Shown piece after piece: positions 35,837-44,738 of a stretch of 64,000 bases of DNA (position 1 is its first letter; every line of letters begins with the position of its first letter). This DNA is from an uncultured Candidatus Saccharibacteria bacterium (GTDB taxonomy: Bacteria; Patescibacteriota; Minisyncoccia; Phycocordibacterales; UBA5272): assembly GCA_964457775.1 (NCBI GenBank), contig CAYWEW010000007.1:6961-70960 (forward strand), in the 5' to 3' direction. The notes under the pieces were generated by a model that did no database searches, was not told the DNA's origin, and worked only from the letters and a program-made list of their open reading frames with translations. The position numbers and the translations under genes were made by a program.

Positions 35837-36865
35837 ATGTCAGGCATTACTTTCAAACCAAAAGCAATTTCTAAGAAACTGTTGACCACACTCAATCCAC
35901 GTACACGTGAGATTGTGGTTAATCGTTACGGGCTAGAGAAGGAGAATCGTATGACTCTTGAGGCAATCGGTAAGACATACGATATTACTCGTGAGCGTGT
36001 TCGTCAGATTGAAAACTTTGCTCTTGGTTCAATCAAGAAGTCAAAAGAATACAAGGAAAGTGCTTTTGTTTTTGAGGAACTCAAAAGTATCATCAAAGAA
36101 TTAGGCTCTGTTGTATCAGAGGACCATTTAATGCGTCACATTTCAAAGGACCCAGTTATTCAGAATCATATTAATCTATATCTCGCTTTAGGTGAAGATT
36201 TTGAAAAGCATAAAGAGAGTGATAATTTCCAAGCTCACTTTTCAACTGACAATAAAACTGCAAAGCATGTTCGTGAAGCACTCGATAAGTTGTACTCTTC
36301 TATAAGTGAAGAAGATTTAGTAAGTGAAGAAGAAATCTTCAGTCGTTTTACAGGACATCTATCAGAACTTGTTTCAGAATATAAAGAGAATAAAGATATT
36401 ATTAATCGCTATCTAGCCTTATCAAAAGTTGTAGGTAAAAATCAATTAAGTGAATGGGGTCGCACATCTTCTCCACACGTAAAGGCCCGTGGTATTAAGG
36501 ATTATGCATATCTCATTATGCGTCGAGCTGGTCGCCCTATGCACTTTAAGGAAGTTGCTACAGAAATTAACAAGACATTTGGAAAGAAAGCTCATGTTGC
36601 AACATGTCATAATGAACTTATTAAGGACTCACGTTTCGTTTTAGTTGGTCGTGGCATGTACGGACTAAAGGACTGGGGTCATACAGGAGGCGTTGTTCGT
36701 GATGTTATTGCAGAAGTTTTGAAAGAAGCTGGACGCCCACTTCATAAAGATGAAGTTATCAAGAGAGTATTAGCAAAGAGAATTGTAAAACCAAATACTA
36801 TTCTTGTTAATCTTCAGAACTCAAAATTTTTCCGTAAAGTAGCAGGGGATTATACATTGGCATAA
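35837..36865 (+). CDS. Sigma-70 region-4 domain plus C-terminal HARE-HTH domain protein
   Basis: EIVVNRYGL...TLEAIGKTYDITRERVRQIE is a classic sigma70_r4. The C-terminal GRPMHFKEVATEI matches HARE-HTH as in the RpoE delta subunit. Confidence 0.65.
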   Translation: MSGITFKPKAISKKLLTTLNPRTREIVVNRYGLEKENRMTLEAIGKTYDITRERVRQIENFALGSIKKSKEYKESAFVFEELKSIIKELGSVVSEDHLMRHISKDPVIQNHINLYLALGEDFEKHKESDNFQAHFSTDNKTAKHVREALDKLYSSISEEDLVSEEEIFSRFTGHLSELVSEYKENKDIINRYLALSKVVGKNQLSEWGRTSSPHVKARGIKDYAYLIMRRAGRPMHFKEVATEINKTFGKKAHVATCHNELIKDSRFVLVGRGMYGLKDWGHTGGVVRDVIAEVLKEAGRPLHKDEVIKRVLAKRIVKPNTILVNLQNSKFFRKVAGDYTLA

Positions 36866-36869
36866 TTAG

Positions 36870-36965
36870 TCAAAAGTCTAAAGTCTGTAAAGTTAAAAGT
36901 AGTAAATGCATAACCTAAAGGGTTATGCATTTACTTTATAAACTTTCAACTTTATAGACTTTTGA
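36870..36965. repeat. About 95-bp imperfect inverted repeat with a central perfect 12-bp hairpin (aaatgcataacc-taaag-ggttatgcattt)
   Basis: Read from the sequence. The arms tcaaaagtctaaagtctgtaaagtt / aactttcaactttatagacttttga flank the hairpin at 36903..36933. Confidence 0.6.
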
Positions 36966-38482
36966 TGTTATACTTTCTTAATATGCAACTCCTTATTGAT
37001 ATAGCATTATCCCTAATATATTTGTGCGCTTTTTTACTTATATGCGCATGGATATGGCGCTTTTGGAAGATGTATGTCAATCAAAAGTTTCTTGATAAAT
37101 TTAATAAGGACAGTATTTTGCTTGAAATTAAACTTCCAAGAGAAATAATGAAGTCTCCACTTGCAGCAGAAATTGCCCTTACTTCGCTACTTCAAAGTGG
37201 TGGAGTTGGACATTGGTATGCCAGAGAGTTTCAAGGAAATCTTCCTGCTTATTCTTCACTTGAAATTGCTTCATTAGAAGGAATTGTTCATTTTTATATT
37301 AGAATTAATAAAAAATTTAAAGGAACTGTAGAATCAAGTTTTTATGCTCAATATCCTGGTATTGAAATAGTTGAAGCAGATGACTATACAAAACTTATTA
37401 GGTATCATCATTTATCAAAAGATACTTCTATGTGGGGAGCAGAGTTTCCTTTATCAGGTAGCTGGAAACCAACTAATCCAGATACTGGTAAGCCGTATGG
37501 TGAAGACTATAAAATGAAAGCCGATTTTCTTCCGATTAAAACTTACGTTGATTATGGTTTGGATAAAGATCCGAAAGAAGAATTCAAAACAGATCCAATT
37601 ACTTCACAGATTGAATTTATGGGTAGTGTTGGAAAGGGGGAATATTTTTGGTATCAAATTCTTGTACAAGATGAGAGTGTATACAGTGGGAAAAAATTTC
37701 CAAAATTTTATTTTAATGAAGTAAATGGAAAACATATGTCTTTGGTAGATATGGCTGACGAAAGAAAGAAACAGATACGTACAGCTTCACACATAATTAA
37801 AGGTGATCCTTTTTTGGATAAATATGGTGACCAAGAATTTAAAAAGAGCGGTAAAAAGGATGCCGAAGGTAAAGATATTTTAATTCCAGCTTTACAACCA
37901 AAAACAAAAGCTGAAAATAAAAAAGAAGTAGATTTAACACAGTCAGAGAAAGAAGAAATCGAAGCAATCAACAAAAAAGTTTCAAAACCTCTTGGTCTTG
38001 TATTGGTGCGATTAATATATGTAGCTAAAAAGGAGAACTTTAGTCCACAACATATTCAAAATATATTAAGTCTAGGGAAACCATTTAAAGGAATTAACTC
38101 ATTTGGTCTTAGCCCAACTGACCCATACGACTTTCCTTGGCAAAATCTTGGAGGCAAAAGAACTGCTTGGAGAGGTGAAGAGATGTTTAGTGCATATGTT
38201 GAAAGAGAGGGATTTTTCCCGCACACAAAAGACAGGAAAAATTTGGATGCATGGGAAGATACAGCGTTTTATCCATACTCTATGAAATCTAGAAAAATAT
38301 TTAGAATGATATATGAGGCAATATTTTATCCGTTTGAGCACCCAACTCCTAAGAATGTGTCTATTATGAATACTGAAGAATTGGCGACATTGTGGCACCT
38401 ACCTGGTCAAGTTGCTGGCACACCAACACTCCCTCGTATTGATAGTAATAAGGGTATGGCACCTACTAATCTTCCTCAGTAA
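36962..38482 (+). CDS. Hypothetical N-terminally membrane-anchored protein (506 aa)
   Basis: One N-terminal TM helix and a Lys-rich linker. No family recognised. Confidence 0.5.
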   Translation: MMLYFLNMQLLIDIALSLIYLCAFLLICAWIWRFWKMYVNQKFLDKFNKDSILLEIKLPREIMKSPLAAEIALTSLLQSGGVGHWYAREFQGNLPAYSSLEIASLEGIVHFYIRINKKFKGTVESSFYAQYPGIEIVEADDYTKLIRYHHLSKDTSMWGAEFPLSGSWKPTNPDTGKPYGEDYKMKADFLPIKTYVDYGLDKDPKEEFKTDPITSQIEFMGSVGKGEYFWYQILVQDESVYSGKKFPKFYFNEVNGKHMSLVDMADERKKQIRTASHIIKGDPFLDKYGDQEFKKSGKKDAEGKDILIPALQPKTKAENKKEVDLTQSEKEEIEAINKKVSKPLGLVLVRLIYVAKKENFSPQHIQNILSLGKPFKGINSFGLSPTDPYDFPWQNLGGKRTAWRGEEMFSAYVEREGFFPHTKDRKNLDAWEDTAFYPYSMKSRKIFRMIYEAIFYPFEHPTPKNVSIMNTEELATLWHLPGQVAGTPTLPRIDSNKGMAPTNLPQ

Positions 38483-38497
38483 ATAATTTATTAGCAC

Positions 38498-39397
38498 ATG
38501 TCACGAATTATTACATTTAGTTTATTAATAATATTCATTGCCGTATCAGTAATTGGCTATGGTTATTATTTAATGCGTACTGTACCAAATAATTTTCCAC
38601 TAGGAAAAGTATTCACAGTTGGAGAGAATGAAAGTCTAAGAAGCCTAAGTAATAGGTTGGAGAATGAAAATTATATTCATTCTGCTTTGTGGTTTAGAGT
38701 TTGGGTCTCATCATTAGGTAAAGATAGAAATATTCAACTTGGAAATTATGAATTTAGCGAGCCTTATGTATTGAGAGATGTTGTTAAAAAATTTGTATTT
38801 GATACACCCGATAAACCACTTGTTCAAGTTACTATTCCAGAAGGAAGTACGTCGTTTGAAGTCGCCACTCTTGTTCATCAAGTCCTCCCAACAATTGATA
38901 TTGATATATTTGGAGAGAAGATTTCTAAGTATGAAGCTGACGGAAAACTTTTTCCATCAACATATTTTCTCTTACCTTCGCACACAGAAGAATATATAGT
39001 TAAGATGATGAAAGAAACATTTGAGAAGAAGTACATGTCTGCATTTAGATGGACAGTAATCCCAGAACCACTTACAAGTAGAGATGAAGTTATATCACTA
39101 GCATCAATTGTAGAAGGAGAGGCGAAATCAGAAGAAGATATGAAAATTGTTGCTGGAATATTACTTACTCGTTTGAATAAAAAAATGCCACTACAAGTTG
39201 ATGTGGCAATGGAAACATACAAATCAAAAGGTATTCCTAGTATACCAATTAACAATCCCGGACTTACAGCGTTAGGAGCAGTACTTAACCCAACAGCATC
39301 ACCACACCTTTTTTACTTAACAGGAAAGGATGGAAAGATGTATTATGCGAAAACTTTCGATGAGCATAAGAGAAACATTAATAAATATTTGAGATAG
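38498..39397 (+). CDS. mltG: Endolytic murein transglycosylase MltG (YceG family)
   Basis: N-terminal TM. LASIVEGEAKSEEDMKIVAGILLTRLNKKMPLQVDVA matches the YceG core. Confidence 0.8.
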   Translation: MSRIITFSLLIIFIAVSVIGYGYYLMRTVPNNFPLGKVFTVGENESLRSLSNRLENENYIHSALWFRVWVSSLGKDRNIQLGNYEFSEPYVLRDVVKKFVFDTPDKPLVQVTIPEGSTSFEVATLVHQVLPTIDIDIFGEKISKYEADGKLFPSTYFLLPSHTEEYIVKMMKETFEKKYMSAFRWTVIPEPLTSRDEVISLASIVEGEAKSEEDMKIVAGILLTRLNKKMPLQVDVAMETYKSKGIPSIPINNPGLTALGAVLNPTASPHLFYLTGKDGKMYYAKTFDEHKRNINKYLR

Positions 39398-39489
39398 TTA
39401 AGTCCAAGACACAAATCTGGTGAGTTGTAGTTGGTGGTTATTGGCTAATGGTTTATACTAAAATATCATTAACTAGTAACTATTTTATT

Positions 39490-40041
39490 ATGAAAGTACA
39501 CAACCTCGCATTTATCGATACAGAAACAACAGGAACAGATCCAGAGAAACATGAGATTATAGAGCTTGCCGTAATTATTGCAAAGCAAGTTGAGCGCGAA
39601 GGTAAGGGCCCTAAGCTTGAAATTATAGAAGAGTGTGAATGGAAAATAAAAATGCAACACCCGGAACGCGCTGAAGAGGCAGCACTTCGTGTGAATGGTT
39701 ATAACGAAGTTGATTGGATGTTTGCAGTTGATAGAAAGAAAGCGATGGAAGAATTTTCTAAGAAGACACAAAGTTGCACTTTTGTATCACACAATCTTGT
39801 ATTTGATTATGGGTTTGTGATGAAAGCATTCGAAGAAACAGGGGTTGAGAATCGTATGCACTATGCGAAACTGGATACTATATCTATGGCATTTGCTAGA
39901 CTCTACGATGCACGTATGGCAGATAAGTTTTCGCTTAGATTTTTATGTGAACTTTTGAAGGTAGAAAATAGCAAAGCTCATACCGCACTTGCAGACACAA
40001 AAGCTCTAGTTGAAGTCTATAAAAAATTGATGGGAGCATAA
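39490..40041 (+). CDS. DEDDh 3'-5' exonuclease (DnaQ / Pol III epsilon-like)
   Basis: Exo I motif FIDTETTG. Exo III HTALADT. Confidence 0.75.
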   Translation: MKVHNLAFIDTETTGTDPEKHEIIELAVIIAKQVEREGKGPKLEIIEECEWKIKMQHPERAEEAALRVNGYNEVDWMFAVDRKKAMEEFSKKTQSCTFVSHNLVFDYGFVMKAFEETGVENRMHYAKLDTISMAFARLYDARMADKFSLRFLCELLKVENSKAHTALADTKALVEVYKKLMGA

Positions 40042-40139
40042 AGACAAAAGGTGGTTTTTGTGGTATAATTCTTTAATTGACCTGTTTGGTTATTGGTTTT
40101 TTAAATTATCTAATGCACTAACTACTAATTATTATCCTT

Positions 40140-42743
40140 ATGGCCCAGAAAAAAATAGAACATATAGAAAGCATAATTGTAAAAGGAGCAAGAACTCATA
40201 ATCTCAAAAACATTACTGTTGAGATGCCTCGTCATAAGATGATTGTTTTCACTGGACTCTCTGGATCAGGAAAATCATCACTTGCATTCGATACTATTTT
40301 TGCGGAAGGACAACGTCGTTATGTTGAATCACTTTCAGCGTATGCAAGGCAATTTTTGACACAATTACAAAAGCCAGATGTGGATGAAATTGTAGGACTC
40401 TCTCCGGCAATTTCTATTGATCAAAAATCAGCAGGACGTAACCCACGTTCAACAGTTGCAACCATCACAGAAATTTATGATTATCTTCGCGTGCTTTATG
40501 CTCGTGTTGGAAAGCCTTATTGTGTAGAATGTGGAGCCAAAATTCAAAAACTTTCCAACGAAGAAATCATGCATTTTATTTTAAATAAAGTAAAAGGTGT
40601 CGATTATAAGAAAGTAAAGAAAGAGTTAATGGGGGTAGAATTTTCTCACGCAGAAATTCATATCATGTCACCACTGGTGAGAGGAAGAAAGGGAGAACAT
40701 TATCAAATGTTATACGATATGTTAGGGAAGGGGTATACCGAAGCCGTGATTGATGGTAATCGTAAGTCGCTTCGTGAACAAATAGTGCTTTCAAAAACAA
40801 AGAAACATGAGATATCAATTATTGTTGACTCAATTTCACTTGATGATTTTCGTACGAAGCAAACTGAGAAGGACGCAATGATACGTCTCTCAGAAGCAAT
40901 TGAGCGAGCACTTCACGAGTCAAATGGATTACTTGAAGTAGAAATACTTGGAGAAAAAACAATAATGAGTAATAAGTTTTCATGTGCAGAATGCGGGTTT
41001 TCATTTCCAGAAATAGAACCTAGATTATTTTCTTTCAACTCACCATATGGTGCATGTCCTACTTGTAATGGTCTTGGGACAAAGTATTTCGGGGGCTTGG
41101 ATGAATGTGATGATTGTCATGGTAAACGCTTACGTCCAGAAGCACTTCACGTATATCTAGATGATGTTGAAAAAATAAATATCGTTGATATTACAGCACT
41201 TTCGATAAAGGATGCGAAGGATTATTTCGCACGTATTCCACTAACACCAAAAGAACAAGAGATTGCATCAGTTGTTATTAAAGAAATAGAATCAAGATTA
41301 GAGTTCATGTTAAATGTGGGACTGGACTATTTATCACTTAATCGAAAGGCAGACACATTATCTGGTGGTGAAGCTCAACGTATAAGACTCGCCTCACAAC
41401 TCGGCTCTCAACTAGTTGGAGCTCTGTATGTACTTGATGAACCAACAATCGGCCTTCATCAACGTGATAATGAAAGACTAATCAAAACATTATTACATCT
41501 TCGTGATATAGGTAATACAATCATTATTGTTGAACACGACGAGGATACTATTTTTGCGTCAGATTATATTGTTGACATTGGTCCAAAAGCTGGAGTACAT
41601 GGTGGTGAAGTAGTTGTGTCTGGATACCTTGAGGAATTATTAACTGCACCTAGAAATAAATCTGGAAGTGTAACGCTCTCATATCTTCGTGGTGAAAAGG
41701 AAATTGCAGTTCCTGTTCGCAGACAACAAGACAAAGGAACGATTCGAGTTACAGGTGGAAATGTTTTCAATATTAAAGATATGAATGTGAATGTTCCACT
41801 TGGAAAATTAGGAGTAATCACTGGTGTGTCTGGTTCTGGTAAAAGTTCACTTATGTATGAAATTCTACATCGTAACTTACTTGCTAGACTTGAGCGTCGT
41901 CATCGCACCGCACAGATTTATAATTGTGCAACATTTACTGGAACGGAATACATTTCACGAGTGGTTATGATTGACCAGTCAGCGATTGGACGCACCCCTA
42001 GATCTAATCCTGCGACATACACTGGATGTTGGACATTTATTCGTGACTTGTTCGCAGAGACAGAAGAAGCGCGTATCAGAGGATGGAAGCCCTCACGCTT
42101 TTCTTTTAATGTGAAAGGTGGACGTTGCGAGGTGTGTCAGGGTAATGGTGAGATTGCGGTTGAGATGCACTTCCTTCCAACTGTTTATGTGCAATGTGAT
42201 GTGTGCCAAGGGAAAAGATTCATGAAAGAAACTCTTGAAGTGAAGTGGAAAGGAAAGAGTATATATGATGTGCTTAATATGACTGTTGAAGAGTCATTAA
42301 CATTTTTTTATGACATTCCTGCAGTTTATGATCGCATCAAAACATTATCTGATGTAGGGTTGGACTATCTTACACTTGGTCAATCAGCAACAACTCTTTC
42401 AGGCGGAGAAGCACAGCGTGTCAAAATTTCTTCAGAACTTTATCGTCCACATGTTGAAAAAACAATATATCTTCTTGATGAGCCATCAATTGGTCTTCAT
42501 TATGAAGACGTTGTGAAGTTGATGGATATATTAAACAAATTAGTTGATAAGGGAAATACAGTTCTACTTATTGAGCATAATTTGGATATAATAAAATGCG
42601 CTGACCATGTTATTGATATTGGACCAGAAGGGGGTGTTGGTGGTGGTAAAGTTGTAGCAACCGGAACCCCAGAGCAAGTAGCAAGTAATCCGAATAGTTA
42701 TACAGGTCAGTACTTGAAAAAAATTCTGAAAAGAAGAAAATAA
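40140..42743 (+). CDS. uvrA: Excinuclease ABC subunit A
   Basis: Two ABC ATPase modules (GLSGSGKSSL and GVSGSGKSSL), the zinc-finger CxxC pairs and the LSGGEAQR signature, present twice. Confidence 0.95.
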   Translation: MAQKKIEHIESIIVKGARTHNLKNITVEMPRHKMIVFTGLSGSGKSSLAFDTIFAEGQRRYVESLSAYARQFLTQLQKPDVDEIVGLSPAISIDQKSAGRNPRSTVATITEIYDYLRVLYARVGKPYCVECGAKIQKLSNEEIMHFILNKVKGVDYKKVKKELMGVEFSHAEIHIMSPLVRGRKGEHYQMLYDMLGKGYTEAVIDGNRKSLREQIVLSKTKKHEISIIVDSISLDDFRTKQTEKDAMIRLSEAIERALHESNGLLEVEILGEKTIMSNKFSCAECGFSFPEIEPRLFSFNSPYGACPTCNGLGTKYFGGLDECDDCHGKRLRPEALHVYLDDVEKINIVDITALSIKDAKDYFARIPLTPKEQEIASVVIKEIESRLEFMLNVGLDYLSLNRKADTLSGGEAQRIRLASQLGSQLVGALYVLDEPTIGLHQRDNERLIKTLLHLRDIGNTIIIVEHDEDTIFASDYIVDIGPKAGVHGGEVVVSGYLEELLTAPRNKSGSVTLSYLRGEKEIAVPVRRQQDKGTIRVTGGNVFNIKDMNVNVPLGKLGVITGVSGSGKSSLMYEILHRNLLARLERRHRTAQIYNCATFTGTEYISRVVMIDQSAIGRTPRSNPATYTGCWTFIRDLFAETEEARIRGWKPSRFSFNVKGGRCEVCQGNGEIAVEMHFLPTVYVQCDVCQGKRFMKETLEVKWKGKSIYDVLNMTVEESLTFFYDIPAVYDRIKTLSDVGLDYLTLGQSATTLSGGEAQRVKISSELYRPHVEKTIYLLDEPSIGLHYEDVVKLMDILNKLVDKGNTVLLIEHNLDIIKCADHVIDIGPEGGVGGGKVVATGTPEQVASNPNSYTGQYLKKILKRRK

Positions 42744-42745
42744 AA

Positions 42746-42775
42746 AAGCAGCAAGTTTTCACTTGCTGCTTTTGG
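42746..42775 (+). terminator. Rho-independent terminator after uvrA
   Basis: aagcagcaagt-tttc-acttgctgctt followed by ttgg. Confidence 0.65.
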
Positions 42776-43270
42776 TTGTTCTAGTCAAGATTACACTGAA
42801 GTGCTTTCTTGAGCTGATTCAACCTTCGATTGATGCAAAGTATGATTCCGATAGGTTCCCATTTCTTGGAACGGGTGACAGTCAGGCCGAGCAGGTATTG
42901 CCCCATTCCCCACTCTTGTGTATGTTCTCGTCGCAATCTTTTCGCGAGTGCAAGATATACACTTAAAGGGACATGGGTGTTCTCCATCAAGATCAGGCAT
43001 GTTCTCCCTCCTTGTTATTGATTTCTTTGTCACCCTCCTTAATTTCAGTTCCGCACAGATAGTGCATGGACTGAAGGAGAAACTTCTGAACACGTTCTTC
43101 GTGCTCATGTTGTGTTGCATGCGGTACTTGATTCGGCATCGATTAGACCCCTTTGAAAAATTGATGAAAGAACTACGTGTTTGCAAAAAAAGCATAAATC
43201 AAGCAAAAAGTTCTTAGTACTTGAAATTTGCATTTTTATCTAAGCAAGAGTATATTATACCATATAATCT

Positions 43271-44485
43271 ATGAAAAAGCAAGAATTATCCACACTTAAA
43301 CTCCCTGATAGACCAGGGGTCTATTTTTTTCGAGATAAAGAAGGAAGTATTTTATATATCGGTAAAGCTACTTCACTTAAAGACAGAGTAAGAAGTTACT
43401 TTAATCCAGACCTTATGGAAACAAGAGGTCTTCGTTTGGTGAGTATGGTAACAATTGCAAATACTGTAACTTATCAAGAAACTGACAGTGTTCTCGAAGC
43501 CTTACTTCTGGAAAGTAAACTAATTAAAGAACACATCCCAATATATAATGCGAAAGAAAAGGATAATAAAAGCTTCGCATGTGTAGTTATTACAAAGGAA
43601 GAATTCCCAAGAGTACTCACAATGCGTATTCGTGATTTTGAAAAGAAAATTTCAAAGAAAGATATTATAGATGTATACGGTCCATTTTCGTCCATGACAC
43701 AACTACGTGATGCAATGAAAATTGTAAGGAAATTATTCCCATATAGAGATACATGTGAACTTGGTCAAACTAAACAATGCTTTAATGCCCAAATTGGTCT
43801 TTGTCCTGGTCTTTGTACTGGGAAAATTACAGCAATTGAGTATAAAAAGAATATAAATAATATTCGCAAATTGTTCAGTGGTAAAAAAACTGAAATCAAA
43901 AAGTCTCTGGAGAAAGATATGAAGGATTATGCCAAAAAACACTTATTTGAAAAGGCTGCATACGCTCGCAACACACTTTTTGCAATCGATCACATAAAAG
44001 ACATTTCATTAATAAAAGGGGAAGAAATAATGTCCTTTAAAAATATTGATTTTCGAATTGAGGCTTATGACGTTGCACACATATCTGGAACCTCTCGTGT
44101 TGGAGTTATGGTTGTATTAGAAGGAAAAGAAAAAGCAAAGAACGAGTATCGTAAGTTTAAGTTGGAAGAAAAAGTAAATGACGACTATGAAGGTTTGCGT
44201 CAAATTTTAAGCAGAAGATTCTCACACAAAGAGTGGCGATATCCAGATATAATTGTAATTGATGGAGGGAATGCCCATAAACAAGTAGCTGAAAAGGTTA
44301 TTGCGAGTTTAGGATTATTAATTCCTTGTGTTTCAGTAGTAAAAGATGACAGACATAAACCAAAAGACATACTAGGGGATAAAGTACATGTGGATTACCA
44401 TAAAAAGGAAATACTTTTAGTCAATGGAGAGGCGCACCGATTCGCGATTAATTATCACAAGAGCTTAAGAAATAAGATAAAGTAG
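43271..44485 (+). CDS. uvrC: Excinuclease ABC subunit C, compact form lacking the C-terminal (HhH)2 domain
   Basis: N-terminal GIY-YIG (GVYFFRDKEGSILYIGKA), a Cys-rich region and the C-terminal RNase-H-like endonuclease segment IIVIDGGNAHKQ. 404 aa. Confidence 0.8.
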   Translation: MKKQELSTLKLPDRPGVYFFRDKEGSILYIGKATSLKDRVRSYFNPDLMETRGLRLVSMVTIANTVTYQETDSVLEALLLESKLIKEHIPIYNAKEKDNKSFACVVITKEEFPRVLTMRIRDFEKKISKKDIIDVYGPFSSMTQLRDAMKIVRKLFPYRDTCELGQTKQCFNAQIGLCPGLCTGKITAIEYKKNINNIRKLFSGKKTEIKKSLEKDMKDYAKKHLFEKAAYARNTLFAIDHIKDISLIKGEEIMSFKNIDFRIEAYDVAHISGTSRVGVMVVLEGKEKAKNEYRKFKLEEKVNDDYEGLRQILSRRFSHKEWRYPDIIVIDGGNAHKQVAEKVIASLGLLIPCVSVVKDDRHKPKDILGDKVHVDYHKKEILLVNGEAHRFAINYHKSLRNKIK

Positions 44486-44738
44486 ACGTAATGATTTTGA
44501 CATGTCAAGAGTAACTATTGACATAGAATTATGGGACAAAAATTGCGTCTTTTACTATTTACTGTGTACACTGAATACATCCAAGGACTTCCAAACCCGA
44601 GCGATATTCTTTGTCAAAACGCCAGATTTTTATTTAGTTTTTAACACCTCCTTCTCTTTAAAATCTTCGTTTTCTCTCAGAATCAATATGGTTTGGAAGT
44701 TCTTTTATTTATAAATGTAATATCAACTAAATTAGTGT

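Noticed and set aside
42763-43217. Five overlapping short ORFs in the uvrA-uvrC spacer, tested individually as protein genes
   Set aside because: Their frames are mutually exclusive, none has a ribosome-binding site or a known domain, and the composition is atypical. They are treated collectively as a candidate ncRNA or remnant (see findings) rather than as CDSs.
42776-43270. tmRNA or RNase P RNA
   Set aside because: The conserved tmRNA ends (GGGG...GGATTCGAC; GGTTCGA-TCC...CCACCA) and the RNase P P4 motif (AGGAAAGTCCGGGC / ACAGAACCCGGCTTA) are absent on both strands.
44502-44714. 70-aa ORF in the nrdA leader
   Set aside because: Low-complexity translation and no ribosome-binding site. It sits inside a 240-bp leader that more plausibly carries regulatory sites, including a gtgtacac palindrome reminiscent of an NrdR box.
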